Positions 1 through 8,243 of a stretch of DNA of 64,000 bases are shown here, piece after piece; the stretch's first letter is position 1, and every line of letters starts with the position of its first letter. The DNA is from Tidjanibacter sp. (GTDB lineage Bacteria > Bacteroidota > Bacteroidia > Bacteroidales > Rikenellaceae): NCBI GenBank assembly GCA_045634145.1, contig JAZQZS010000005.1:32492-96491 (forward strand), given 5' to 3'. The position numbers and the translations under genes were made by a program. The notes under the pieces are model-generated. The model did no database searches. It was not told the origin of the DNA and worked only from the letters and a program-made list of their open reading frames with translations.

Positions 1-753
1 GGCCACACCCTCCGAGATGTTGGCCTTGCCAAAGGGGTATTGGGCAGCCGTGGGGCAGAGTCGTTCCACCTCCTTGGCAATGGTGCTGTCGTCGCCACAC
101 CAGATGAAATTATCCTCCGCGCGTTGGTTGCGGATAATCCTCATCTTGCTATCGACGTAGTTCTGGAAGAGGTAGTTGTAGCGGTCGAGGTGGTCGGGAG
201 TGATGTTCATCAACACGCCAATGTCGCAACGGAAGTCGTAGCAGCCGTCGAGCTGAAAGCTGCTTAACTCCAACACAAACCACTCCTTGTCGTCCTTGGC
301 CACGCTCAGCGCATAGCTCTGGCCGATGTTGCCACCCACGGCTACGTCGAAACCAGCCTCGGCCAAGATTCGGTGGGTGAGGGTAGTGGTTGTGGTCTTG
401 CCGTTCGAGCCGGTGATGCAGAGCGTTCGGCCCTTGCTAAAAGGCTGGGCAAACTCAATCTCGCTGATGATGGGCACACCCTTCTCCCTCAGAGCCACCA
501 CCATTGGGGCTTTGTCGGGAATACCGGGACTCTTGACTACCAGATCGGCCGAGAGAATCAGCTCCTCGGTGTGTCCGCCCTGCTCGAAGGCAATGCCCTC
601 GGCCTCCAAAGCCGCGGTGTAGCGGTCGGCAATCTTGCCCGCATCGCTCAAAAAGGTGTCGAAACCCTTGCTCTTGGCCAGCACCGCCGAGCCATAGCCG
701 CTCTCGCCACCGCCAAGTATCACTACTCGTTTTATGTTGTCGAAACTATTCAT
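1..753 (-). CDS. murD: UDP-N-acetylmuramoyl-L-alanine--D-glutamate ligase MurD, N-terminal ~250 aa; 3' end lies beyond the window edge
   Basis: Absent from the ORF track because it is open to the window edge. My minus-strand translation from ATG (753-751) reads MNSFDNIKRVVILGGGESGYGSAVLAKSKGF..., with the Mur-ligase P-loop ITGSNGKTTT near 380-410. Lies directly downstream of mraY in a dcw cluster. Confidence 0.85.
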   Translation of the reverse strand, partial: MNSFDNIKRVVILGGGESGYGSAVLAKSKGFDTFLSDAGKIADRYTAALEAEGIAFEQGGHTEELILSADLVVKSPGIPDKAPMVVALREKGVPIISEIEFAQPFSKGRTLCITGSNGKTTTTTLTHRILAEAGFDVAVGGNIGQSYALSVAKDDKEWFVLELSSFQLDGCYDFRCDIGVLMNITPDHLDRYNYLFQNYVDSKMRIIRNQRAEDNFIWCGDDSTIAKEVERLCPTAAQYPFGKANISEGVA

Positions 754-786
754 AGTCGTTCTCATTTTGTTGCTAAAAACTGCGGC

Positions 787-2040
787 TTACCTGATTTTGA
801 GCGTTGCCAGCGAGAAGGCTGCCAACAGAATCTGCACAATCCAGAAGCGGATTACGATTTTGTTCTCGTGGAAACCCAACTTCTGGTAGTGGTGGTGCAT
901 AGGAGCCATTTTCAGAATCCTGCGACCCTCGCCATACCTCTTCTTGGTGTACTTGAAGTAGCCGGTCTGGACCATTACCGAGATGACCTCGACCAGATAG
1001 ATGCCACACAGAATGGGGAGCAACAACTCTTTGCGAATGGCCAAGGCAAAGACGGCAATGATACCACCAATGGCCAACGAGCCGGTGTCGCCCATAAAGA
1101 CCTGCGCAGGGAAGCAGTTGTACCACAGAAAACCGATCAGCGCACCCACAAAGGCGGCTCCGAATACGGCCAACTCACCAGCTCCGGGGATGTACATAAT
1201 GTTGAGGTAGTCGGCATAGATGACGTGGCCCGACAGATAGGCCAACACCGAGAGCACCACCGCCACAATGGCGCTCACTCCCGTGTTGAGTCCGTCGAGT
1301 CCGTCGGTCAGGTTGGAGCCGTTCGATACGGCCGTGATGACAAAGATGGCCACCAACACATAGAGCACCCAGGTGAGCGCGTCGCCCGCCTTGGTGTGCG
1401 AGGGGACAAACCAGTGATAGTCGAACTCGTTGTTCTTCACAAAGGGGATGGTGGTCTTGGTGCTCTTCTCGCCAACGTAGTACTCGTGGGTGGTGTAGCT
1501 CACCGAGCCGTCGGCCGACACGCTCTCGACCACCTCGGTCTGTTTTTCGGCGGTATTCTTATCCACAACAACCACCTGCTCGCTCAGACACATCACCGTG
1601 CCGACAATAATACCGAGGCCCACTTGGCCGACAATTTTGAACTTGCCTTTGAGGCCCTCTTTGTGCTTGCGGAAGACCTTGATGTAGTCGTCGGCAAAGC
1701 CGAGCAGTCCGAGCCAGATGGTGCTGATGATCATCAGCCAGGTGTAGACGTTCGTAAGGTCGCCCAGCAGCAACACGGGGATGAGTATCGAGATGAGGAT
1801 AATGAGGCCGCCCATAGTGGGGGTGCCTGCTTTTTCGCTCTGTCCGCTCAGGCCGAGTTCGCGCACTGTTTCGCCAATCTGCTTGCGACGCAGGTATTTA
1901 ATCATCTTGTTACCGAAGATCGAGCCGATCAGCAGTGCCAAGATGATTGCTCCGATAGAGCGGAACGAGAGATATTGGAACATACCCATTCCGGGGATGT
2001 CGAAGTTGTTGTCAAGAAAATTAACTAACCAATTAAGCAT
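787..2040 (-). CDS. mraY: phospho-N-acetylmuramoyl-pentapeptide transferase
   Basis: 417-aa multi-TM ORF with the polyprenyl-phosphate sugar-phosphate transferase motif [13 protein letters not shown]. Sits between murE and murD. Confidence 0.95.
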   Translation of the reverse strand: MLNWLVNFLDNNFDIPGMGMFQYLSFRSIGAIILALLIGSIFGNKMIKYLRRKQIGETVRELGLSGQSEKAGTPTMGGLIILISILIPVLLLGDLTNVYTWLMIISTIWLGLLGFADDYIKVFRKHKEGLKGKFKIVGQVGLGIIVGTVMCLSEQVVVVDKNTAEKQTEVVESVSADGSVSYTTHEYYVGEKSTKTTIPFVKNNEFDYHWFVPSHTKAGDALTWVLYVLVAIFVITAVSNGSNLTDGLDGLNTGVSAIVAVVLSVLAYLSGHVIYADYLNIMYIPGAGELAVFGAAFVGALIGFLWYNCFPAQVFMGDTGSLAIGGIIAVFALAIRKELLLPILCGIYLVEVISVMVQTGYFKYTKKRYGEGRRILKMAPMHHHYQKLGFHENKIVIRFWIVQILLAAFSLATLKIR

Positions 2041-2140
2041 ATTTTAATAATTTGTTGTAATTCTATTGTTGTTTTGTAAAAAATGTTTGTTTTGTGGGTA
2101 TGTTTATAAAATAATTAAATAAATCTTTTCTTTTGGGCTC

Positions 2141-2203
2141 TAAGAGTTATTGGAGTTATAGGGGCATTAAGGTCATTAAAGACTTTAAGGGCCTTAATAA
2201 CTT
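2141..2203. repeat. tandem 9-mer array, 7 units (TAAGRGNNT type)
   Basis: taagagtta ttggagtta taggggcat taaggtcat taaagactt taagggcct taataactt. Exact 9-nt period, immediately followed by the heptamer array. Confidence 0.8.
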
Positions 2204-2238
2204 TCAACTTTCAACTTTCAATTTTCAATTTTCAATTC
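2204..2238 (-). repeat. tandem heptamer array, 5 units (TCAAYTT on +, AARTTGA on -)
   Basis: tcaactt tcaactt tcaattt tcaattt tcaattc. The murE stop codon (TGA, 2225-2227) lies inside the array. Confidence 0.9.
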
Positions 2239-3676
2239 CCCAATACTTCTTCACCTCCTCTTGGTCGGAGAAGTGGTGTTTCTCGGTGCCGATAATCTGG
2301 TAGTCCTCGTGGCCCTTGCCCGCAATCAGCACCACGTCGCCCGCCTCGGCCATACGCAACGCCGTGCGGATAGCCTGCCTGCGGTCGGTGATGGCCAGGT
2401 AGTTGTTGTGGCCCTCGGTGCCGGCAATCATATCCTCCAAGATGGCCTCGGCACTCTCGGTGCGAGGGTTGTCGGAGGTGAAGATGGCCGTGTGCGACTT
2501 CTCAACGGCAATGGCAGCCATCTCGGGGCGCTTGGTGCGGTCCCTGTCGCCACCGCAACCGCAGATGGTGATAATCCTGCGAGCCACGCCCAGCGAGCCA
2601 ATCGTGTCGAGCACATTTTCCAGAGCGTCGGGGGTGTGGGCATAGTCCACTACGGCAACCACGCCACTCTTCGAGCGGATGGTTTGGAAGCGACCATTCA
2701 CGGGCTCCAACGAGCTCAGTGCCGCGAGCACCTCCTCGGGCTTGTGGCCCAAGAGTACCGCAGCGCCATATACGGCCGTAAGGTTGTAGCCGTTGAACCT
2801 ACCCAGCAGGCGTGCCCACATCTGCTGACCGTCTATCTCGACCAACATACCCTCCAAGGTGGTTTCGAGAATCTTGCTATTGAGGCTGCCCACTCCGCGC
2901 AGAGAGTAGCTCTGCTGACGGGCGGCCCTACAATTTTGGAGCATCACTCGGCCATTCTTGTCGTCGGCATTGACCAGCGCCCAAGCCTCCTTGCGGAGTC
3001 CGTCGAAGAGCAACTTCTTGGCCTTGATATACTCGGCAAAGGTCTTGTGGTAGTCGAGGTGGTCGTGGGTGAGGTTGCTGAATACGGCTCCCTCAAACCT
3101 CAGGCCCTCGGTGCGGTGTTGAACAAGGCTGTGCGACGACACCTCCATAAAGCAGTAGCCACACCCCGCATCGACCATTCGTGCCAACAGGCGGTTGAGG
3201 TTGATAGCGTCGGGGGTGGTGTGGGTCGAGGGCTCCTCGTGGTCGCCAATCTTGTAGATGACTGTCGAGATAAGTCCCGCCTTGTAGCCCAGCTTTTCGG
3301 TCAGCTGGTAGAGCAGGGTGGCGGTTGTGGTCTTGCCGTTGGTGCCCGTAACGCCCACAAGTGCGAGCTTCTCGGAGGGGCGGTCGTAGAAGTTTGACGC
3401 CACCTGACCTATGGCTCTGCTGCTGTCGGCCACCACAACGTAGGTACAACCCTCGGCTACACTCTCGGGTAGGTGGTTGCACAATACTGCCGAGGCTCCT
3501 GCGCCCACGGCTTGGTCGATATATTTATGTCCGTCTACGGCCGTACCCTCAATGGCGGCAAAGAGTGCCCCCGAGCACGCCTTGCGCGAGTCCATCGTGA
3601 GGGTGCTAATCTCGCACTCTCCGCTACCTACAATCTCTATTACTTCAACTCTTTCGAGTAACTTTCCTAGTTTCAT
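2225..3676 (-). CDS. murE: UDP-N-acetylmuramoyl-L-alanyl-D-glutamate--2,6-diaminopimelate ligase
   Basis: 483 aa; P-loop GVTGTNGKTTT; DNPR motif (TSDNPRTE) typical of meso-DAP-adding MurE; dcw context. Confidence 0.95.
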   Translation of the reverse strand: MKLGKLLERVEVIEIVGSGECEISTLTMDSRKACSGALFAAIEGTAVDGHKYIDQAVGAGASAVLCNHLPESVAEGCTYVVVADSSRAIGQVASNFYDRPSEKLALVGVTGTNGKTTTATLLYQLTEKLGYKAGLISTVIYKIGDHEEPSTHTTPDAINLNRLLARMVDAGCGYCFMEVSSHSLVQHRTEGLRFEGAVFSNLTHDHLDYHKTFAEYIKAKKLLFDGLRKEAWALVNADDKNGRVMLQNCRAARQQSYSLRGVGSLNSKILETTLEGMLVEIDGQQMWARLLGRFNGYNLTAVYGAAVLLGHKPEEVLAALSSLEPVNGRFQTIRSKSGVVAVVDYAHTPDALENVLDTIGSLGVARRIITICGCGGDRDRTKRPEMAAIAVEKSHTAIFTSDNPRTESAEAILEDMIAGTEGHNNYLAITDRRQAIRTALRMAEAGDVVLIAGKGHEDYQIIGTEKHHFSDQEEVKKYWGIEN

Positions 3677-3765
3677 CTTTTTTTTCTTTTTGCACCTTTT
3701 TTGTAAAAAGCTGCACCAAAAACTTTTCTGAGATACTCGCTGCGCTCATATCTCTTACTGTCTAT
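3677..3765 (-). repeat. dispersed ~90-nt structured intergenic element, copy A (reverse orientation), abutting the murE ATG
   Basis: Reverse complement reads ..GTAAGAGATATGAGCGCAGCGAGTATCTCAGAAAAGTTTTTGGTGCAGCTTTTTACAAAAAAGGTGCAAAAAGAAAAAAAAG-ATG. Near-identical to copies at 53964-54053 and 61588-61696. Confidence 0.8.
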
Positions 3766-3780
3766 GCTATTAAAAAACTT

Positions 3781-3801
3781 TCAACTTTCAATTCTCAATT
3801 C
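3781..3801 (-). repeat. tandem heptamer array, 3 units (TCAAYTY)
   Basis: tcaactt tcaattc tcaattc. The ftsI stop codon (3781-3783) is the TGA of the last unit; the protein ends ..ELRIES. Confidence 0.85.
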
Positions 3802-5946
3802 TATCTCCACTTGGTCGCCTTGGGCTATGTCGTGGCCCGCGGGGATTGACTGCTCCACAACGCTACCCGCACCGCGGAACGTAACCTCCAAACCACACTT
3901 CTCCAACGTGTAGAGCGCATCCCTAAGGCCCATACCAATCACCGAGGGCATCTTGGTGGGGGTGAAGGGCGCCTCCTCCGAGCCGTTTGTGGTGTGGCGA
4001 CCCTTGCGACGCGATGTGGGCTCCGTGGGGCGGCTAACTTTGCTTGTGGCTTTGCCTGCAACCCTCTCGGCCTGGGGCATCCAACCCTCCTCGTGGGTGT
4101 AGATGTACTCGGCAATCTCGCGGAACACGGGCAACGACACGCCCGCACCTGTGTAGTACTTCACCTCGCCCCTCTTGCGCTCGGTCTTGATCGACACGAT
4201 GCAGGTGTACTTGGGGTTGTCGGCGGGGAAGTAACCCACAAAGGTTGCCAGATACTCCCTGCCACCACTCTTGGTTTCGTAGGCGTTGCTACCTCGGTTG
4301 GCAGCGGTCTGGTATATCTGTGCAGTACCCGTCTTGCCTGCTACCTTGAAGGGCAACTTTTTGAGTCCGCCACCGGTACCTCGCTCGCTGCTCACCACGC
4401 CCTCCATACACCTCTGCAACTCGGCCAGCGATGTGGGCGAACATATCTGGGGATTGACCACCTCGGTCTGGAACTCCTCCACAACCTCGCCCTCCTTGAC
4501 AATCTGTTTTACCAACATTGGGGCCACGAGTTTACCTCCGTTGGCTACGGCGTTGTAGAACATAAGGGTCTGCATGGGGGTCATATTGACCTCGTAGCCA
4601 TAGGCGCTTTGGGTGAGGGTGGTGTGGCTCCAACCGCCTCTCTGTTTGAACGACGAGGGGTGCTTCATCTTGAAGCCGAGGCCCTTGATGCGCTGAATGT
4701 TGGAAACCTTGTCGAGTCCAATGCCGTTGATGTAGTCTACCCACCTCTCGGGCTCATCGCGGTAGACTTCGTCTACCACCTTGGCAAAGCCGATGTTCGA
4801 CGACTCTTCAAAGACGCCTTTCAGGGTGGTTCTGCCACACTCGTCTTTGCCCACAACGTGGGTGTCGTTCACGGGCATACGGTTTATGACAGCCCTTTTG
4901 GTGCGGCCACAGTCTATCCACCTGCCGGTCGAGACTCCCGCCTCGTCGATGAGCGCCATCAGCGAGATACCCTTGAATGTCGAGCCGGGGGCTCCGTGCC
5001 AACGAATGGCGTAGTTGAAGTCGTCGCCCATCTCGCCATCCTCGCGGTGGGTGAGGTTGGCCATAGCCCTAATCTCGCCCGTGGCGCACTCCACCACTAC
5101 AGCCGTACCGCTGCGGTCGTTGTTGCGGGCCAGCTGGTCGCGCAGAGCTCCCTCCACCACATCTTGAAGGTTGATGTCGATGGTGGTGATGATGTCGCAA
5201 CCGTGCTGTGCGGGGGTGTTGTCCTTATCCACGATGGGCACAGCATTGCGGTTGAGTGCGTCGAGCCTTACATATTTGTTATGTCCGTCGGTCGAGCGGA
5301 TTATCGAGTCGTAGGCCCTCTCGATGCCCTGAGATATGGTGTAGGCGGCCAGCGAGCCGTAGACTTTGTAGCGGGTGCGCTCGGTCTGGCTGATAAGTCC
5401 GTAGCGACGCTCCATAAGCGGGAAGTTACGCAGGCGGTCGTACTGTTTCTGATTCAGGTGGCGGGTGAGCAGCACATAGCGTTTGCCTTTGGTGGTGTCG
5501 CTCTTGTCGGTGGCCACACGGCGGGTCTTGGTGAGGAAGTCGCGGTAGTAGTTGCTGCCCTTGCCCAACATTCGGCCCAACGAGTCGCTCAGTGCCGGAA
5601 GGTGGCGCTGGAAGAGCGAGTCGCTCAGTGGCTCGGCAGCCAGGTCGAGGTAGAGGGTGTAGGTACGCGAGTCGGTCGAGAGCACCTCGCCATTGCGGTC
5701 GTAGATGTTACCCTTGCTACCCTCCACGGGGCGGTAGGTGTAGCACCTCGCCTCCGAAAGATTGCGCAGAGGAGTAGCGTTGGGACCCACCATCGTGAGC
5801 ACCAACTGACTCACGATGAGAATCGAGAGCACTAATAATATGGCATAGAGCACCTTCACCCTGCGCTGAATACTACGTTTAATCAGGTGTGGGTTTGGGT
5901 TGCGTGATGCGCTGCCGGTGGTATGTTTCTTACTTTTGTTGCTCAT
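3781..5946 (-). CDS. ftsI: penicillin-binding protein 3 / FtsI-type transpeptidase with C-terminal PASTA-like domain
   Basis: 721 aa; N-terminal TM; transpeptidase motifs GSTFK (SxxK), SSN (SxN), GKTGT (KTG); dcw position. Confidence 0.92.
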   Translation of the reverse strand: MSNKSKKHTTGSASRNPNPHLIKRSIQRRVKVLYAILLVLSILIVSQLVLTMVGPNATPLRNLSEARCYTYRPVEGSKGNIYDRNGEVLSTDSRTYTLYLDLAAEPLSDSLFQRHLPALSDSLGRMLGKGSNYYRDFLTKTRRVATDKSDTTKGKRYVLLTRHLNQKQYDRLRNFPLMERRYGLISQTERTRYKVYGSLAAYTISQGIERAYDSIIRSTDGHNKYVRLDALNRNAVPIVDKDNTPAQHGCDIITTIDINLQDVVEGALRDQLARNNDRSGTAVVVECATGEIRAMANLTHREDGEMGDDFNYAIRWHGAPGSTFKGISLMALIDEAGVSTGRWIDCGRTKRAVINRMPVNDTHVVGKDECGRTTLKGVFEESSNIGFAKVVDEVYRDEPERWVDYINGIGLDKVSNIQRIKGLGFKMKHPSSFKQRGGWSHTTLTQSAYGYEVNMTPMQTLMFYNAVANGGKLVAPMLVKQIVKEGEVVEEFQTEVVNPQICSPTSLAELQRCMEGVVSSERGTGGGLKKLPFKVAGKTGTAQIYQTAANRGSNAYETKSGGREYLATFVGYFPADNPKYTCIVSIKTERKRGEVKYYTGAGVSLPVFREIAEYIYTHEEGWMPQAERVAGKATSKVSRPTEPTSRRKGRHTTNGSEEAPFTPTKMPSVIGMGLRDALYTLEKCGLEVTFRGAGSVVEQSIPAGHDIAQGDQVEIELRIES

Positions 5947-6367
5947 TGGTTATGACGTGGGGTGGGGTGGGCCACTCCTTGATCTTTATGCCTCGCTTGG
6001 TTATTTCGTTCTGAATGTTGCTGTGTCGGGTGGCCTCAATACGCTCGGAGGAGTAGATGAGCGAACGCGCCCTTATGCGCTGCAACTCTATACGGCACTC
6101 AATCTCCTCGCGCTGCACCCTCTGGCCCTGAAACACAAAGCCCATATAGAGCAGAATGAGCAGGGTGCAGTAGAGCATAAAGGGGTAGTAGCGTGCGGTG
6201 CGTGGGTTGTAGAGCACATCGCCCGAGAGTACCTTCCTCACAGCTCCGTCGCGCTTGGCCTCCTGCTGTGACGCATCAGGAGCAACCACACCACGAGGTT
6301 TCTCGTCGCGAGGCAGTGGGCTCTCGGCCTGCCTCTCGGCCCTCTTATGTCGTCTAAATAGTTTCAT
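5930..6367 (-). CDS. FtsL-like cell division protein (Bacteroidota type)
   Basis: 145 aa, one central TM followed by a coiled-coil-like stretch. Lies between rsmH and ftsI and overlaps the ftsI start by 17 nt. Confidence 0.7.
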   Translation of the reverse strand: MKLFRRHKRAERQAESPLPRDEKPRGVVAPDASQQEAKRDGAVRKVLSGDVLYNPRTARYYPFMLYCTLLILLYMGFVFQGQRVQREEIECRIELQRIRARSLIYSSERIEATRHSNIQNEITKRGIKIKEWPTPPHVITNEQQK

Positions 6368-6377
6368 TCTTTTTTTT

Positions 6378-6401
6378 GTCTAACGTCTAACGTCAAATGT
6401 C
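6378..6401. repeat. tandem heptamer array GTCTAAC type, ~3.4 units
   Basis: gtctaac gtctaac gtcaaat gtc. Confidence 0.7.
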
Positions 6402-6437
6402 TTTAAGGAGTTTAGGGAGATTAGGAAGTTTAGGGAA
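6402..6437. repeat. tandem 9-mer array, 4 units (TTTAGGGAG type)
   Basis: tttaaggag tttagggag attaggaag tttagggaa. Confidence 0.8.
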
Positions 6438-6446
6438 GGGTAACTC

Positions 6447-6474
6447 TCAACTTTCAATTTTCAATTTTCAATTC
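6447..6474 (-). repeat. tandem heptamer array, 4 units (TCAAYTT)
   Basis: tcaactt tcaattt tcaattt tcaattc. The rsmH stop (6468-6470) is the TGA of the first unit on the minus strand. Confidence 0.9.
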
Positions 6475-7385
6475 TTCTCCGCCACTCTTAGTTTGGCACT
6501 ACGGGAGCGGGGATTGCGCTCCACCTCCTCGGGGGTGGGGACAATAGCCTTGCGCGACACTGCCGTCATGGGCGACGACACATTGCCGTAGAAATCCTTC
6601 TCGACCTTACCCTCGAAGTTGCCACACTTGATGAAGTTCTTCACCAACCTATCCTCCAACGAGTGGTACGAAATTACGGCCAACCTACCCTCGGGCTTCA
6701 ACACTTTGAGCGCCTGTTCGAGCGCCATCTTCAAAGCCTCCATCTCGCCATTCACCTCGATACGCAGAGCCTGAAACAACTTGGTCAGGAACTTGGCGCC
6801 ATCCTTCTTGGGGGTGCAGGGAGCTACGGCATTCACCAGGTCGCCCACGGTGGTCAGCTCGGCCTGCTCGCGCGCGCGAACAATGCACGAGGCAATCTTG
6901 TAGGTGGTGTCCAACTCGCCATACTCCTTGAAGATCTTGGCCAGAGCCTCGGCGTCGTAGCTGTTCACAAGCTCCTTGGCCGAGAATGCCGCACTGCGAT
7001 TCATACGCATATCGAGCGGAGCCTCGTAGTCGGCCTTGAACGAAAAGCCCCTCTCGGCGGTGTCGAAGTGGTGCGACGAAACACCCAGGTCGGCCAACAC
7101 GCCATCCACCTGACCATCCTCCACGCCCCTCAGGCGCAGCTGGCCACGCAGAAAGCGGAAGTTGCTCTCCACAAAACAGAATCGCTCGTCGTCGATAAGG
7201 TTAGCCTTGGCGTCGGCATCTTGGTCGAACGAAAAGAGCCTGCCCTTGGGCGACAGGTGCGAAAGTATCAGTCGTGAGTGTCCGCCTCCGCCAAAGGTGA
7301 GGTCGATATAGGTGCCGTCGGGGTTGATGTTAAGCCCCTCGATAGACTCGTCGGCGAGTGCGGGAATGTGGTATACGTCTGCCAT
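6468..7385 (-). CDS. rsmH: 16S rRNA (cytosine1402-N4)-methyltransferase
   Basis: 305 aa; SAM-binding DLTFGGGGHS; classic MraW/RsmH N-terminus (HIPAL..) and dcw position. Confidence 0.93.
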   Translation of the reverse strand: MADVYHIPALADESIEGLNINPDGTYIDLTFGGGGHSRLILSHLSPKGRLFSFDQDADAKANLIDDERFCFVESNFRFLRGQLRLRGVEDGQVDGVLADLGVSSHHFDTAERGFSFKADYEAPLDMRMNRSAAFSAKELVNSYDAEALAKIFKEYGELDTTYKIASCIVRAREQAELTTVGDLVNAVAPCTPKKDGAKFLTKLFQALRIEVNGEMEALKMALEQALKVLKPEGRLAVISYHSLEDRLVKNFIKCGNFEGKVEKDFYGNVSSPMTAVSRKAIVPTPEEVERNPRSRSAKLRVAEKN

Positions 7386-7387
7386 TT

Positions 7388-7414
7388 TTTACAAAGTATA
7401 AAATACTTTGTAAA
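7388..7414. promoter_or_regulatory. perfect 12-bp inverted repeat with 3-nt spacer, 3 nt upstream of the rsmH start codon
   Basis: TTTACAAAGTAT-AAA-ATACTTTGTAAA. Candidate operator or 5'-leader hairpin at the head of the dcw cluster; function unknown. Confidence 0.3.
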
Positions 7415-7527
7415 GGTACAGCTTTTGTCGCAAATTTTGCAACAAATTTGACGGTTATTTTTCAGGATTTTATCAACACCCCGCCCAAGATGTGGGCTAT
7501 CCTCCTCAGAGTGAGCAGTTGTGGGTG

Positions 7528-8013
7528 TTATTCGATGGCCTCGACAAGGGCAACGGCATAGGCAGCAACGCCCTCCTCACGCCCTGTGAAACCCAACTTT
7601 TCGGTAGTAGTGGCCTTGACCGACACGCAGCCCACCTCTACTCCCATCACCTCGGCCAGAGTGGCCCTCATGGTGTCGATGTGGGGGCGCAGCTTGGGCC
7701 TCTGCAAAGCAATGGTAATGTCCACATTGCCAACCTCGTAGCCCTCGGCACGAACAACCTCCAAGGTGCGGCCCAAGAGAATCTTGGAGTCTATGCCCTT
7801 GAACTCGGCACTCGTGTCGGGAAAGTGCTTGCCGATGTCGCCCGCAGCCACAGCACCCAGCAGAGCGTCGCACAAAGCGTGGATGGCCACGTCGCCGTCC
7901 GAGTGAGCAATGCAACCCTTCTCGGCGGGTACTTCCACTCCGCCAATCACAAAACTCAAACCCTCGGCCAGGGCGTGTACGTCGTATCCGAATCCAATTC
8001 TTGTCTTTCGCAT
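7528..8013 (-). CDS. ispF: 2-C-methyl-D-erythritol 2,4-cyclodiphosphate synthase
   Basis: 161 aa; [10 protein letters not shown] and HSDGDV metal/substrate motifs. Confidence 0.93.
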   Translation of the reverse strand: MRKTRIGFGYDVHALAEGLSFVIGGVEVPAEKGCIAHSDGDVAIHALCDALLGAVAAGDIGKHFPDTSAEFKGIDSKILLGRTLEVVRAEGYEVGNVDITIALQRPKLRPHIDTMRATLAEVMGVEVGCVSVKATTTEKLGFTGREEGVAAYAVALVEAIE

Positions 8014-8243
8014 AGTAAATCAGTGCATTAGGTGCGTTGGGCGCAGGGTGGTGCGCTCTTCTTGCCTTCCGAGGTGCAAAATTACGAAATTATTTGCTAC
8101 CTTTACAATCTCGGAGCAACATTTTTGTCCGAATTTCTAAATTCAAAACCGATATTTCGGCCCATCTACTCTCTGAGATATTAAAATAATTTAGAAAATA
8201 AATAAAAAACTTAATAAATAATTAAAATAATTTAACAACTACT

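Noticed and set aside
6402-6437. Reading the repeated AGGAG/GGGAG cores of the 9-mers as ribosome-binding sites for hidden plus-strand ORFs.
   Set aside because: The only + ORFs downstream (e.g. 6397-6591 and 13012-13203) translate the repeats themselves into low-complexity peptides and then run antisense into real genes. Bacteroidota rarely use SD sites.
8014-8243. Possible ncRNA or tRNA in the 230-nt ispF/pepD divergent region and other long gaps (9693-10133, 10970-11198, 43790-43941).
   Set aside because: I could not recognise a cloverleaf, conserved tRNA boxes or any known RNA family signature by eye. The gaps are explained by promoters (a TAATTTTG box on the minus strand at 8084-8077), AT-rich leaders, terminators and repeat arrays. 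A covariance-model scan would be needed to exclude small RNAs.
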